DNA from: the human T2T-CHM13v2.0 reference genome, Homo sapiens
Direction: 5' to 3' (one strand)
Length of the DNA stretch: 64,000 nt
NCBI RefSeq assembly: GCF_009914755.1
Contig: NC_060937.1
In this document: piece by piece, positions 41,713 through 55,730 of the stretch
Position numbering within the stretch: position 1 is the first letter of the stretch
How the letters are laid out: each line of letters begins with the position of its first letter
Notes under the pieces: generated by a model
The model's database searches: none
Told to the model about the DNA's origin: nothing
What the model saw: only the letters and a program-made list of their open reading frames with translations
Position numbers and translations under genes: made by a program

Positions 41713-42900
41713 AGAATGCATAAATGAGAATATAAAACAGATAAAAGTCAAAGTGATTGAACTGTTAAGCAAAAATACCATAGAAAAAATCAACAATACC
41801 TCAAATTGGTTCTTGTAAGCATTAATGAGATGAACCAAGTTTTGGAAATATTGGTCAGAAAGATGGATAGGGCATGCATAAAATGACTGATAGTGTGCAT
41901 GCAAATGGAAACATAACTACACAAACAGCACAGCTATTAAAAAGAGAATAAAAGGAAAAGCACAATAAGAAGATATAACCAACAACATCATGCCAGCACA
42001 TTTGGAAACTTAGGCAAAACTGGCAAATCCCTAGAAAGTAATAACTTTAAAAAGCATAATATAAAATCATACCAAAAAGAAATCCAGGAGAAGCCTGCTC
42101 CATTTTCAAAGCAATGTGCCATAAACCACAATGCTCTATTCTTTTACACCCAAGAATTTAACAACAAGTAAATGCCTGGTAATAAAGCTATTAAGTAGAA
42201 CGTAGAGCAGCAGAAAGCCTTGTTAGGAGTAGGAGTGTAAATCTGAGCAATCTCTTGGAAAAAAATATATTAGCACTATCTAGTCACTTTGATGCTGTCC
42301 AAACTGATATCCCAGCAATTTCATTTCTAAGTACATATATCCTGAAGAAAGTATTGTATGTGTGCACCAAGAGATATAAATGAGAATACTTATGGGAACA
42401 TTATTTGTAAAAACAAATAAATGACTGCAAATGGCTTGAATACTCACTGGGAGAAAGGTGGATCAATTGTGATATATTTGTACAATACTATTCCATGCAG
42501 CCAAAAGAATGAGCCTTGGTTAAACCCATCAAGTCTGATGACTCAAAAATTTCGCGGTAAGCCATGAAAACAAGGCACGCAAGAATCTATACGATAGGAT
42601 TTCATTTCTATGAATGTCACAAACAGATTAAGCAATATGTTGCTTAGGGATACTTTCATATGTGTGTGCTAAGCATATAGAGAAGATATTAATGGTTAGC
42701 CGAAAAGTCACGATAGTGGCCAACTCTGGGAAATAGAGAGAAGCATAGTTTTGGGGAGAAACACATGAAGATGTCATTAAAAAAAATGTTGAGTACATAT
42801 TTTTAAAAGTGGAGTATACAGAAATTTATTTCATTATTGCCCTTTCAATAACACATGTATATTATATATACCCTTTATATGTGTGATATATTATAATAAT
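41713..42900 (+). mobile_element. Old L1M fragments
   Basis: atagaaaaaatcaacaatacctcaaattggttctt, cccagcaatttcatttctaagta, atgtgtgcaccaagaga and 3' UTR-like sequence. Confidence 0.6.
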
Positions 42901-43139
42901 TTAAAATATATGTTAATTTATCAAGTCACTTAACTCTTAGAACTTGAGACTGCATTTTTCTAATGGTCCAATGTGACTTTAGGTTCCTGCTGCCCATGTT
43001 GCTGTCATAGAGCAACAATGCCAACAAGTTAGACTTCGATGAATTGCTCAATTAAAACAGAACAAAACACACTATACCATATAATTCCTCACATAAGGAG
43101 TATAGCTTATGTACTTTCGGGTTATATTATGGCATATAG

Positions 43140-43990
43140 TCTACACTGTCCTGTTGTACTTTGTTGTATTTTGCCTTTCACGTTTTAAAGTTTCAGTGTA
43201 GTGATTCATTCAGTGTAACTTACTTTAAAATACATTTTTACTGTTATGTAACTAGTTTCTCATCCTAAAAATACGTATAATATAAACCTGAAAGTTATAA
43301 AGTGTCCTTTTCAAATCTTCAGTGATTAAATCCTTATTGGATAAATAATTTTTGTTCTGAATCCAGAAAGGGCTGAAATAATTTGAGTATCTGACATTTT
43401 TAGAAAAGGCACTGGGAAAGGGGACAGGAAGGACTTCTGAGTGGGAATGCTGATACTGTCTCATGCCGGCTGTTACTTGGACAGCACAGTGTATGACTTA
43501 CTGATGTATCCTAGCTTCTGCCATGGTGGTTCCCATTTCAATTATCTTTAATATTTCAGACAAATCTGGTGAAACTTCTCCTGATGCATCAGGCAAACCC
43601 ACACCTCGTGAACTGTAATGAGGAGAAGGCGTCAGGTAGGTTAGGAGCATCCTTGGACCATTGAGCAGGTACTGTTTTCTTCCTTTCATATTGGAGTAGC
43701 CATCCATCTTCAGCACAGCTACAGAGTGAGAGCTGGACATGCCTGTGAAGCTGTGTAACAGCCAGCCCAGTTCAAGCACAATTCATCATCGCCTATGTAC
43801 GATGATATAGGCGATGTGAATAGCCTCCATTGCAAGAGGCTATTCACAGTTTAATCTACACTGTACTGTTGTACTTTGTTGTATTTTGCCTTTCATGTTT
43901 TAAACTTTCAGGATAGTGATTCATTCGGTGTAACGTACTTTAAAATACATTTTTACTGTTATTTAACTAATATCTCATCCTACCAAATAC
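43140..43990 (+). repeat. ~135-bp direct repeat pair (43140-43274 and 43855-43990) bracketing a MYO16 exon
   Basis: TCTACACTGT.CTGTTGTACTTTGTTGTATTTTGCCTTTCA...TACTTTAAAATACATTTTTACTGTTAT...CTCATCCTA occurs twice, 715 bp apart, roughly 90% identical by eye. Confidence 0.95.
43560..43635 (+). CDS. MYO16: MYO16 internal coding exon (76 nt, phase 0->1): [25 protein letters not shown](D)
   Basis: tatctttaatatttcag acceptor; CAG|gtaggt donor at 43636. Completes the ankyrin repeat begun in the previous exon (GQ|[11 protein letters not shown]). Confidence 0.95.
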
Positions 43991-46282
43991 ATGCTTATCC
44001 GTTAAGGTATTTTTGAAAAATAATAGCGTTATTATCTGTGCAGATATTTAAACTACAAGAAAAATACAGAGGCTGACATTCTTATGCAAATTTAAAACTT
44101 TGAAAATCTTGACTTAATGTTACTTATTTTTTAATATATTTTTGAAGATTTCTAAAATTATTTTAGTCACTGACCTTTTGTATATTCATATACTTATTTA
44201 ATAAATGGATGCTACATTAATTTTGTGGCTTTCAAAATTTAACAGAAAGTTACTATTCATAATTATTTTTGCAATAGTAAAAAGAGTTCTGAATAACAAA
44301 GAGAAAAATCTAGCATAGGTAATACCATAACATCAAAATATTGAAGACAGTAATTGATCTGAATAACTTTATAAATACATTATTCCTCTTGCTATACCTC
44401 TGCTGACTTAAATGTACTTTACTTTTGAGATTTGTCATTTGATATACTTTCAGGAGTATGAATTTCTAATAAATCTCCAGTTAAAGCCAGAAGAAGGGAT
44501 TTTTCTCTATTTGTTATTTATTGGAATTAAGTATCATTGTCTAATGTTTATTACTTCATCTTCTCTGTTAAACTGAATATTTACCAAACAGAAATTTTAG
44601 ACAGCTTAATAGTCACAAACTTGAGAATCAAGCTAATATTACTTATAGTCTAGTAATCTTAACATTAACTATATTAGTATGCTAATGATAAATATCAAAA
44701 GAACAAATAGACATTTTTAGATATTTTCTTTTTAAAAACGTGTTTACTGTGAGTACAAGTCACATCCTCGGCTAACTCTAGTCTGATTCTAACAGTAGCT
44801 CACACTTTTCAAGTTCGTATTCCTGGCTTATTTCCCAGACAAGGGAGGATATGACTGACCTTTGACTACATGGACTCCCATGGCATACTCTCACCATTTA
44901 GGTCTAGTGTCATTTCAAACAGATGTCCAGGCATGGCAGTTGACAATCTTAGGAACGGAGGCAATGAATGCACTTCTGGTCTAGACTCAGCACTGGTCAT
45001 CTCAGCACAGTGCATGAGGACTCTCTCAGGCAACTTTTACCACATTGGTCATGCAAAGTCGACCAGCAACCTAGTACCTTATTCATGGCCTGTTGGCAAT
45101 ATGAGACACAGTGCTGGGCCCATAATAGATCCTCAGTAAAGATTTGCTACTTGAATAAAAATACTTTTAACACATGCAAAACGCAAAGAGTTATAATGCA
45201 GTGAAAGGTTTCAACTAAAGCAGATATGCCAATAATCTAGGCAGCAAGAAGATAAAACTAGATAAAACCAGATGCAAGAATAGAGCAGAGAACAGTAAAC
45301 CAGAAACCCATGCTATAACTGAGCAAATGAAAGTCGTCATCAGTACTATAGTATATTGCTGTTATTTTATGTTTCTTGAATTTGGAATAGATTTATGAAA
45401 AAAATCTGTGGGAAAAACAATTTGTTAAGTGGGACATAAATTTAATCTCCCAAAGTAAGAAAGCTGAGCACTCACCTACTTTTTACATGTATATAATTTA
45501 ATCTGAGGCAAATAATGATAAAATCTTTACATAAATATCTTCTTGTGGCAGCTACATTACTGTGACCATCCCAGAAGGCCACATAACTCTAATTTATAGA
45601 CATAGGTGGTCACACAGTCTGGTCCTGACGATTGAGAAGAAGCAGCTGCCTCCAGTAGGTTCTTAATTGATATGAATGTTGATTTTTTCCTCATGATCTG
45701 TATCAATTTCTATATCAGTAATTGTTGTTAGTATAAACTTGATTGATACATAACTATGTTGCTGCCCAAACGTGTTCAGATGTTACTGTTATGTGTAATT
45801 TGTAAGGAAATATATTTATTTATATTTGCAATTGATAAAGGTAAAAATATTATGGCTAGAGGGCAGACCCCTTGTTTAAATAATACAACTGAGTATTTAC
45901 TTGTACAACTACCCATTTAGTAGAATGTTTATAGGAGGCCAGTTACATGCTTTATAACCCAGTTGATGGGAAAGTGTAACTCTTTCTGTAATTTTGGTTC
46001 ATAGTCGCCAAGATGCAGGACAAGTTTTACTGAAAATGAAATGACATTAAGTTTGCTCAAGCTTAGATTCTCAATGATTTTTTATTTTACATATCACCAT
46101 CCAGTCTATACTATTTTCTATTTCATTTATAATTAAATGTGTCACTGATGTAAAACAAAATAGTCTTTTAAAATGACAGTACTTCAATTTTATCCCAGCC
46201 GTAAACTTTTAAGGTTTTTTGTTTTGATTCATACATTGATAAATTTTTAGCATTTTAAGCATATCGGAATTATTGAAAGTAA

Positions 46283-46498
<216 letters not shown>

Positions 46499-47774
46499 TA
46501 AGTGTCTTCCTGCTTATTCTCTTTTGCCATCTTCTCTACCTGCTGGTCATTTTAGAGCCCATATTAAGTCTGACTCTCAGCCAAAGAGTTAGAACAATTA
46601 AAATGGTTTATCAATGTATATACCAAAGAATACTTGTTTACAGTGATGAGTTAAACATAATTTTATTTTATAAAAACCCTCTGATTTAAAAACAATCTTA
46701 CTATATCAGTTATTAAATCAATTTCATGTGCCATGAGACCAAATAATATTTTAAACACATTCCAAGATTTTAGCTAAACTGATAGTGAAGTTTCCAGTGA
46801 TTATCATTATGGCTGACTTTCCTGAAATAGAAAATACTGATATATGTTTCTTTCTCTCATAAGCATAAAACTAATCATTTATTGTTGTGTGTGTTATCTC
46901 CTAAAAATAACTTTCCTGTTGCATTGAAAATATCAAATGGATTGACATCATTTTCAAGGTCTGAAAAAGGGACACAAAGTGTGATTAATAAGAATGACAA
47001 ATAACAACTTACATTCAAATTCATGTTAAATTTACTGAAGAATAAGTGTTCATTTAACTCATAAGATAATGCTTATTTTCCAGAGTTTCTCTTTGCCAGC
47101 ATATGGATATACAAACACAGGTGTTATGTATATAACTTAGGTATGCTTACATATTCATTCATTTTCAAATATCTGAAATATTTGTTCGGAATCTACTGAC
47201 TGTGGGGCTTGGAATGTATAATAAAACAGATAGCAAACATTGTCAGGTAGAGATGGACTGTGAATATCTAAATCAATAAGTAAATCTGTATGAATAAATA
47301 ACATTGCATGTAACGTGTGGGACCTTGTAAAATCTGTCACATCATTTTAAAGGCCTTCATGAACAGCAGTCAGGTAAAGAAATTGTGTACCCAGAGCAAT
47401 ATTATAAAAAATTGATAGCACCTGTAAAATTACTGAAAGATAAATTATTAAACATTGGAAAGCTTGTTACCTCCAGAATGCTACTGCTAAAATATGCATT
47501 AAAAGATGTAAGACAAACATGGAAAACTTTATGAAGTGTTTTAACATGATATACAAGTTCATTGAAAAGCATAGAAATACCCATGGTGAAAATGTACAAA
47601 AAGCAAATATATGAAAATCTGGATATTCTAATACAACCCCTCTAAAACAGATCTCTATGAATTTATATATTCATATTCTTCAGAGGTAGTGTTGTGGTTG
47701 CTGGAAAGAGCTTTGCCTTATGGCTAATATTTAGTTTGAATGGTTAAAGATGTTAATGCCCAACTTTCAAAAAC

Positions 47775-48801
47775 AAATAGAACAAGTGGGCAAAATATCA
47801 ACAAGGGAATAGAAGACTTAAATAGCACTATAAACAACCAGATCTAACAGACATATTTAGAGCACTTCATCCAGAAATAGTGGAATACATATTCTTTTCA
47901 ATTGAACATGGAACATTCTTTTACTAAAATCAGAAATGAAAGAGGAACATTACTCCTGGATTTACAGAAACAAAAATAATTAAAAGGAAATATTATGAAC
48001 AATTGTATACCAAAATATTAGATAACCTAGATGAAATTGATGAATTCCAAGGAAACACCAAGAAACAAAACTAACTCAAGAAGAAAGAGAACATTGGAAT
48101 AGACCTACAGCAAGTAAAGAGATTGAATTAGTCATCAAAAACTTCTCACAGAGAAAAGCTAATATCCACATGGCTTCGAGGCTGAATTCTTCCAAATGTT
48201 TAAAGAATTAACGCCAATCTGTCACAAACACTTTCAAAAACAGAAGAGCAGGGAATTGTTTTTGACTCATTCTATCAGGTCAGAATTACCCGGATACAAA
48301 AATCAGATAAAAATATCAGATAAAAAGAAAACAACAACCTTATGAATATAGCTTTAAGACACCTAAATAAAACACCAGCAAATCAGGTTGAGCCACATAT
48401 AAAAAGGACTTCACAATATGTCTTTGTGAGATTTATGACAAGAAAGCAAGGCTGAGCATTCAAAAATCAGAAAATATGGTATATCATGTTAATAGAATAA
48501 AGAACAAAATCACATGATTATCTCAATATATGCAGAAAAAGCATTTGACAAAGCCCAACACCCTTTTATGAGAAAAAAGTAAATAAACTAAGAATGGCAG
48601 GAAATTTTCTCAACCTGATAAGGGGCAAGTACCAAAAAATAAAAAAAAGAAACAAAACAAAAACAAAACAGGGCTAACGTCATACTCAATGGTGACTGAT
48701 CAGTTACCCCATAAGATGAGGACAAAGGCAAGAGTGTCTGCTGTCACCAGCTCAGTTCAACATTGTATTGCGGTTTTAGCTTGAGCAACCTAGCAAGAAA
48801 A

Positions 48802-48836
<35 letters not shown>

Positions 48837-50370
48837 ATAGTATCCAAACTGGAAATGAAGAAGTAAAACTATCTCTATGTTCAGATGACATAATCTTGTG
48901 TATAGAAAATTCTAAGGAATTTACAAAAAAATCTTATTTGAACTAAGAATATAGTTCAAGAGGATGGCAATACCCATGATCAAGGCACAGAAACAATCTG
49001 TATTTCTATACACAGCAATTCATAATTCAAAAATGAGATTGAAAACATGCTTACCCAGTAGGTTAGAAAAAAAGGAAAAATTAAAAATAATTTACAACAA
49101 CATAAGAAAAACAAAATACAAGAAAATTTAAGAAAAGAACGGCAAGTTTTTACACTGAAAACTACAAAACATCACTGAAAGAGATTAAAGAGCCTAAATA
49201 TATGGAAAGAAATATTAAATTCATGGATTAGAAGACTTAATATTGTTAACACAATCTCTATAAAAATACCAGATGACTTTTTGCAAAAATTGATAGGCCA
49301 ATATTTAAAATCACATAACAATTCAAGGACCCAGAATCCCTAAAATAATTATGTGAAAAAAGAACAAAGTTGGAGAACTCACACAACCCTATTTCAAAAC
49401 TTACTTAAAATCTATAGTAACTAAGACATTGTGATACTGGCATAGGATGGAAATATATCAACAGAATAGAACTGAGAATCCAAAAAGAACCCCTTACATT
49501 TCTGGTTAACTGATTTTTGCAAAGAATGCCAAGATGATTCTATGGGAAAGAATAGCCTTTTACAATAAACAGTACTGAGACAACTGGATATTCACATGCA
49601 AAATAATGAGTTGGACCTGAACTTTATGTCATACATAAAAATTAACTCAAAATGGATCATTGACCTAATGTAAGAGCTAAAACTATAAAACTCTCTTTAA
49701 AAAATGTAAATCTTTCTGACTTTGGATGAGGCAATGGTTTCTTAGATATGACACCGAAAGATAAGCAATAAAAGCAAAAACAGATAAACTAAAGATTTTA
49801 GTGGTTTCAAAGACAGTAATAAGAAAGTGAAAAAAAAGACACACAATGGGAGAAAATTTCTTCAGTGCTATATCTAACAAAATGTAAAGGGATGCTTACA
49901 ACTGAACAATAAAAAGACAAATAACTCCCTTAAAAATGGGCAATGCATTTGGATATATGTTTCTTCAAAGAAGATACAATCATAGCCCACAAGCACACAC
50001 AAAAATACTCTACATTATTTATCAGGAAAAGCCAAATGGAAACCACCATGAGATACCACTTTATACTTCCTAGAATGGCCATTAATAAAGAACAAAAAAA
50101 TAAAGGTAAATCAGTGTTGGCAAGGATGTGGAGGAACTGCCACTCTCGTATGGTGGTAGTGGGAATGTCAAATGGTGAGGCAGTGATGAAAAACAATCTG
50201 GCAGTTCTCAAACAGTTGAACGTAGGTTTACCACGTGACCCATAAATTCTTCTCCTAGGGGCATTGTTTATCTCCCAGATAATGAAAATATATGTCTACA
50301 CAAAAACCTGTACATAAATATTCATAGGAGTTTTATATATAAGAACAATAAAAAAGGGGGAACAACTGTC
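47775..50370 (+). mobile_element. L1M (L1MB/MC-type) degenerate ORF2 fragment with internal (TAAA)n
   Basis: Colinear ORF2 motifs including gcagaaaaagcatttgacaaa and RT-core remnant ttcagatgacataatc (F.DD.I); ORF 49943-50245 is an ORF2 C-terminal remnant; (TAAA)n at ~48802-48838. Confidence 0.9.
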
Positions 50371-51549
50371 CATGACTTCACCGTGTATTCCGTCATCTGA
50401 ATCATGGCTGCTCATTTTTCTTTGTCAGTCTTAACCCCAGCTTCCTATTCCTTTGCATTCTAAAGGTGATTTGTTTTTTTTTCCCCCAGAATATATTTTG
50501 CTACAATTGCAAGAAAGAATGGAATAGTTCATTTTTCTGCTATCTCAGGATACAAGCCAAATTTCTGCTTTACAGTAAACTCATATTTATTGTTTCAGTG
50601 AGCATTTTGTGCAGTAAATCATGATTTAGTAAGGTTAAGGACATCACTTCCACTATGGCCTGCTGTCAGTAAACACTGCCTGTCTTTAAATATTTGATGA
50701 ATTGGAAATGCCTATGCTATTTGATTATCCCATATTTCACGTTTTCTAAGGTGTCTCCTATCCAATCAGCATTCCTAAGTTTTCCCCATGTTGCCTGACT
50801 TTCAAGCTCATGTCTAAAAATGTGCAGCTTTAATTTCAAAGGCCCTTCCACCTGTAACATTCTGTATCTGTAAGGACAGATCCCTGTAAGCCTGCTTTGT
50901 CTTCCTTCCATACTTGACTGCTCTTCACTCTGCTCCTCAGTTCCTTCTGACTGGGCGCCTCCTCTCTGTGTTGCCTTTCTGTCTTCAGATGTATTTAAGT
51001 GCCTCACTTGCTGTTATTGCCACTAATGAAACAGCTGCTGCTGAATATGCCCTTTAGCGTCTGAGCATGGACGTGCTCACCCAGGGTTTTTCATCACTGA
51101 GCAGTTTGGATATGTGCCAACTTGCATCTCTAATATTCTAGTTCATGGAGCCCGTGAGATAAAGCCCACAGAAATTCTACATGTTGCCTAAGTGGAGTAG
51201 TTCATCGATGAAAGGGTTTTTTTTACTTATTATTTGTAATAATAACAACAGTTTTGACAACTGATATTTTTTACTACAGTTACCAGGTGTTGAATCTTGA
51301 GCAAACTAGTTTGGATTATTTCATTTAACTCTCAGAACAACACCTGGACGCATGTCCTGTTACTTAACCATTTGATACACACCTAGCTGAGGCTTGGAGC
51401 TTCAAGAACATGACTCATGCCAGGCGTGTGCTAACTCTGTTATTGTTTCAGCGAGGAGGTCATTTTTATTTGTAATTCCAAAGCTTATCAATTTGGCTTT
51501 AAAAAGGAAATTGATAGTGCCTGAACTCCCTCTCTGAGTGTTCCTGGTG

Positions 51550-52545
51550 AGGCCCGGTGGTGTGGTGCTTATGGGCAGAGACTCCAGAGCCACTATCCAG
51601 TTTCAGATCCTGGCTCTGCCATTTACTGGCTCTATGACCTTGAGCAATTCAGTCAACCTCTTTGTGACATTTTTACTGAAGTACAAAATGTGGGTGTTGT
51701 TTTGTAAAGAATCTGGCTGATTTTTATCCTTGATTTCTGGGTGGGAACCAAATCCTTGGAATTTCCCATGGAATAACAGTGCCTTTGTTACTCATGAGCC
51801 CTTTGGATCGCATCTGAGTTTATCCTACCAGGTGAGATGACGCAGGGTAGGGGCCTAGTCATGCCAGAAAAACCAACAATGTGATTAAAGACCAACCATG
51901 TGATTAAAACCAGCCCAACCTCCAGGAGGAGCAGGACAGGCTCGAGATGGAGTTCAAACATGTGGCCAATGATGGCATCATTGATGCCTATGTGACGAGA
52001 CACCAATAAAAACTGTGGACATTGAAGCTCCGTGGAGACTCCGAATTGGTGAGCACATCAGTGGGCTGGAGTTTGATGTACCCTGCATCCTTGGGGAGGG
52101 GGCTCAGAAGCTCTGCATTTGGGACCCTCTCAGACTTTTTCATATGTATTTGTTTGCCAGTCTTGTCTTAATTTGTATCCTTTATGATAAAGCTGTATTA
52201 GTACTTTGGTGAGTTTTGTAAGCCATTCTAGTAGTTTGTCAAACCTCAGGGGCTTGTGAGAATCTCAGAATTTGTAGCTCGTTGCTCAAAAGTTCAAGTG
52301 GCCTGGGGACCCCCAAACTTTTGGCTGGAATCTAAAATGGGGGCAGTCTTGGTGAGGACTGTGCCCTTAACCTGTAGGCTCTGGTCTAACCCTTGGCGGT
52401 TAGCATAATTGTACTGCAGGACATCAGAGTTTGATGATGATAGTAATAATAACTGTATCTTAGGGTTGTTCTTCATAACTGAGTTAATATTTATAGAGCA
52501 TTTAGAGCAATATCTGCCTCATTGTAAGTACTAAATAATTGCTTA
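51550..52545 (+). mobile_element. MIR split by a MER21-like LTR (~51703-52430)
   Basis: MIR 5' part (ctggctctgccatttactggctctatgaccttgagcaa) and 3' part (aataataactgtatcttagggttgtt...agcatttagagca) flank an LTR starting tgtaaagaatctggctg. Confidence 0.65.
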
Positions 52546-53073
52546 AGAAATGACCAGAAAAAGATGTTCTTCACTTATCTTTGAACTGGCAGCAAAAGCA
52601 TCTAAAGAAGAATGGCTTTGTAGCTGTAGGCTGAGACAAAAATAGTGGTAGGCCTTCCGCTGGGTGCTTTTAAACTGATTATAACCATATGGAGAAAATC
52701 TTATTTTCTAAGCAGCTGGAAAGAACATCTAATATCATAAAAAACCAGCTTTGGTTGGGTGAATACTCTGATGAGGTTGTGTGGGGGCTGAGTCGCCAGA
52801 GTTTCTGAGTCATCTGTGACCTGGGATAGAGAAGAAATGCCACTTTCCTAGGGATGAGAAAAGACTATGAGGAGGGGACCTAAGCAGGGCTGAGGGCCAC
52901 AGGAAAAGGGACTGCTTGGAGTTGATCCCAGGGTGGCCTCAGCCAAGTGGCTCTTGGGGAGGAGAAATACCCCATGGGGATTTTTGAATGAAATAATATA
53001 TAAGGCAGTGTGCCCCTTTTGACCTTAATAAAAGGATAAGACTCACAATAGATTTGGGAAAGCTCTGAAAAAT

Positions 53074-53994
53074 CACAACCTACTCATCTGACAAAGGGCT
53101 AATATCCAGAATCTACAATGAACTCAAACAAATTTACAAGAAAAAAACAAACAACCCCATCAAAAAGTGGGCAAAGGACATGAACAGACACTTCTCAAAA
53201 GAAGACATTTATGCAGCCAAAAAACACATGAAAAAATGCTCACCATCACTGGCCATCAGAGAAATGCAAATCAAAACCACAATGAGATACCATCTCACAC
53301 CAGTTAGAATGGCAATCATTAAAAAGTCAGGAAACAACAGATGCTGGAGAGGATGTGGAGAAATAGGAACACTTTTACACTGCTGGTGGGACTGTAAACT
53401 AGTTCAACCATTGTGGAAGTCAGTGTGGCGATTCCTCAGGGATCTAGAACTAGAAATACCATTTGACCCAGCCATCCCATTACTGGGTATATACCCAAAG
53501 GACTATAAATCATGCTGCTATAAAGACACATGCACACGTATGTTTATTGTGGCACTATTCACAATAGCAAAGACCTGGAACCAACCCAAATGTCCAACAA
53601 TGATAGACTGGATTAACAAAATGTGGCACATATACACCATGGAATACTGTGCAGCCATAAAAAAGGATGAGTTCATGTCCTTTGTAGGGACATGGATGAA
53701 ATTGGAAATCATCATTCTCAGTAAACTATCGCAAGAACAGAAAACCAAACACCGCATATTCTCACTCATAGGTGGGAATTGAACAATGAGAACACATGGA
53801 CACAGGAAGGGGAACATCACAGTCTGGGGACTGTTGTGGGGTGGGGGGAGGGGGGAGGGATAGTATTGGGAGATATACCTAATGCTAGATGACGAGTTAG
53901 TGGGTGCAGCGCACCAGCATGGCACATGTATACATATGTAACTAACCGGCCCATTGTGCACAGGTACCCTAAAACTTAAAGTATAATAATAAAA
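53074..53994 (+). mobile_element. 5'-truncated young L1 (L1PA2-like): ORF2 C-terminal 200 codons and 3' UTR
   Basis: ORF 53180-53782 is a near-consensus L1 ORF2 C-terminus ([16 protein letters not shown], ...SLIGGN*). 3' UTR reads CTAGATGACGAGTTAGTGGG (GAG, not the L1HS ACA/ACG); G-rich tract at ~53838-53859. Confidence 0.95.
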
Positions 53995-54244
53995 CGTCAG
54001 ATATTAATATTAATCTTTGGATCTTTATCTTATTTTATAAAAGCAGGAAAAAAAGTTCATTGTATTTTCTACAGTGAACAATTTATGTAGCTATGTTTCT
54101 AGGGGTAACATTGAGAACTGTCTATTCAGTCCATTATTTTAAGTGCCAAAATAACCAAATCACATATGCCATATCTTTACATCTGTTTCTGTTAGTAATA
54201 ATATTTTTATTACAAATTCAAATTCAGCTGGACCCATTTCTCAT

Positions 54245-54445
54245 GAACAGTGCCTTCACAGTGTCCTCACATGGTGGAAGAGGGACACAGTGATCTCGGG
54301 GCAGTTTTATAGAGGCTTTAATCCTCCTGAGAGTTCCACCCTCATGACTTAGTCACCTCGTAAAACCCCTACTTCTTAATGCTATCACTTTGAGTATTGG
54401 GTTTCAATAGATAAATGTAGGGGCCACACAACATACCAGCCACTG
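54245..54445 (-). mobile_element. Truncated MLT1A-type LTR fragment
   Basis: gtgtcctcacatggtggaag...ccaccctcatgacttagtcacctc...cttcttaatgctatcacttt. Confidence 0.65.
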
Positions 54446-54483
54446 TCCTGGCCACTAAAACACATGCAGAAGTCTACCGGGCA

Positions 54484-54600
54484 TAGAGTTGCCAGGTAAA
54501 ATGCAAGAAATGCAGCTAAATTTGAATTTGTAATTTAAAAAATCATTTATTATTTGTAATTGTCAAAGATTTTTTATTTGCTAAATCTAGCAAGCCTTTA
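54484..54600. mobile_element. MER53-like hAT MITE remnant
   Basis: Terminal inverted-repeat-like ends TAGAGTTGCCAG / CTAGCAAGCCTTTA; internal taaatttgaattt and ttatttgctaaatct. Confidence 0.6.
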
Positions 54601-54709
54601 ACAGGATAGGGCTTCAAGGAATTAAAAAGGACAGATTTCTCTGGTAAGCATCATTGTTTCTTTCCTTCTATTGCCTTCCTTCTTGGTACAGAAGTGTGTG
54701 ATCTGGTAA

Positions 54710-55052
<343 letters not shown>

Positions 55053-55340
55053 TAAGAATAACAGAGCAGGAAGCTAGAACAAATCAAAGGCCCAGAAGAT
55101 CTGGAGAAGGTTACCATCCCTGGGCTGCCTATTTCTGCTTTTCTTGTTATGTGAGAAAAATCAATGTCCATTTCCTTAAGATACTATTCTTAGTTTCTGA
55201 GGTGGGCAGCCTAAAGGAATATTGGCTGGTGCTACAGCTGCTGTAACTTTGGGGTATCATGCTCTTGGGGTATCTTGCTTCTTGTGCCAAAGTTTTAGGA
55301 CTCCAAAGATTTAGAAGTTGTGGAAATGATACTACTTTGA

Positions 55341-55730
<390 letters not shown>

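Noticed and set aside
53180-53782. 200-aa ORF with a CCHC-like motif (also 19563-19934 and 49943-50245)
   Set aside because: C-terminal fragment of L1 ORF2p in 5'-truncated elements with no promoter, endonuclease or intact RT; not an independent gene.
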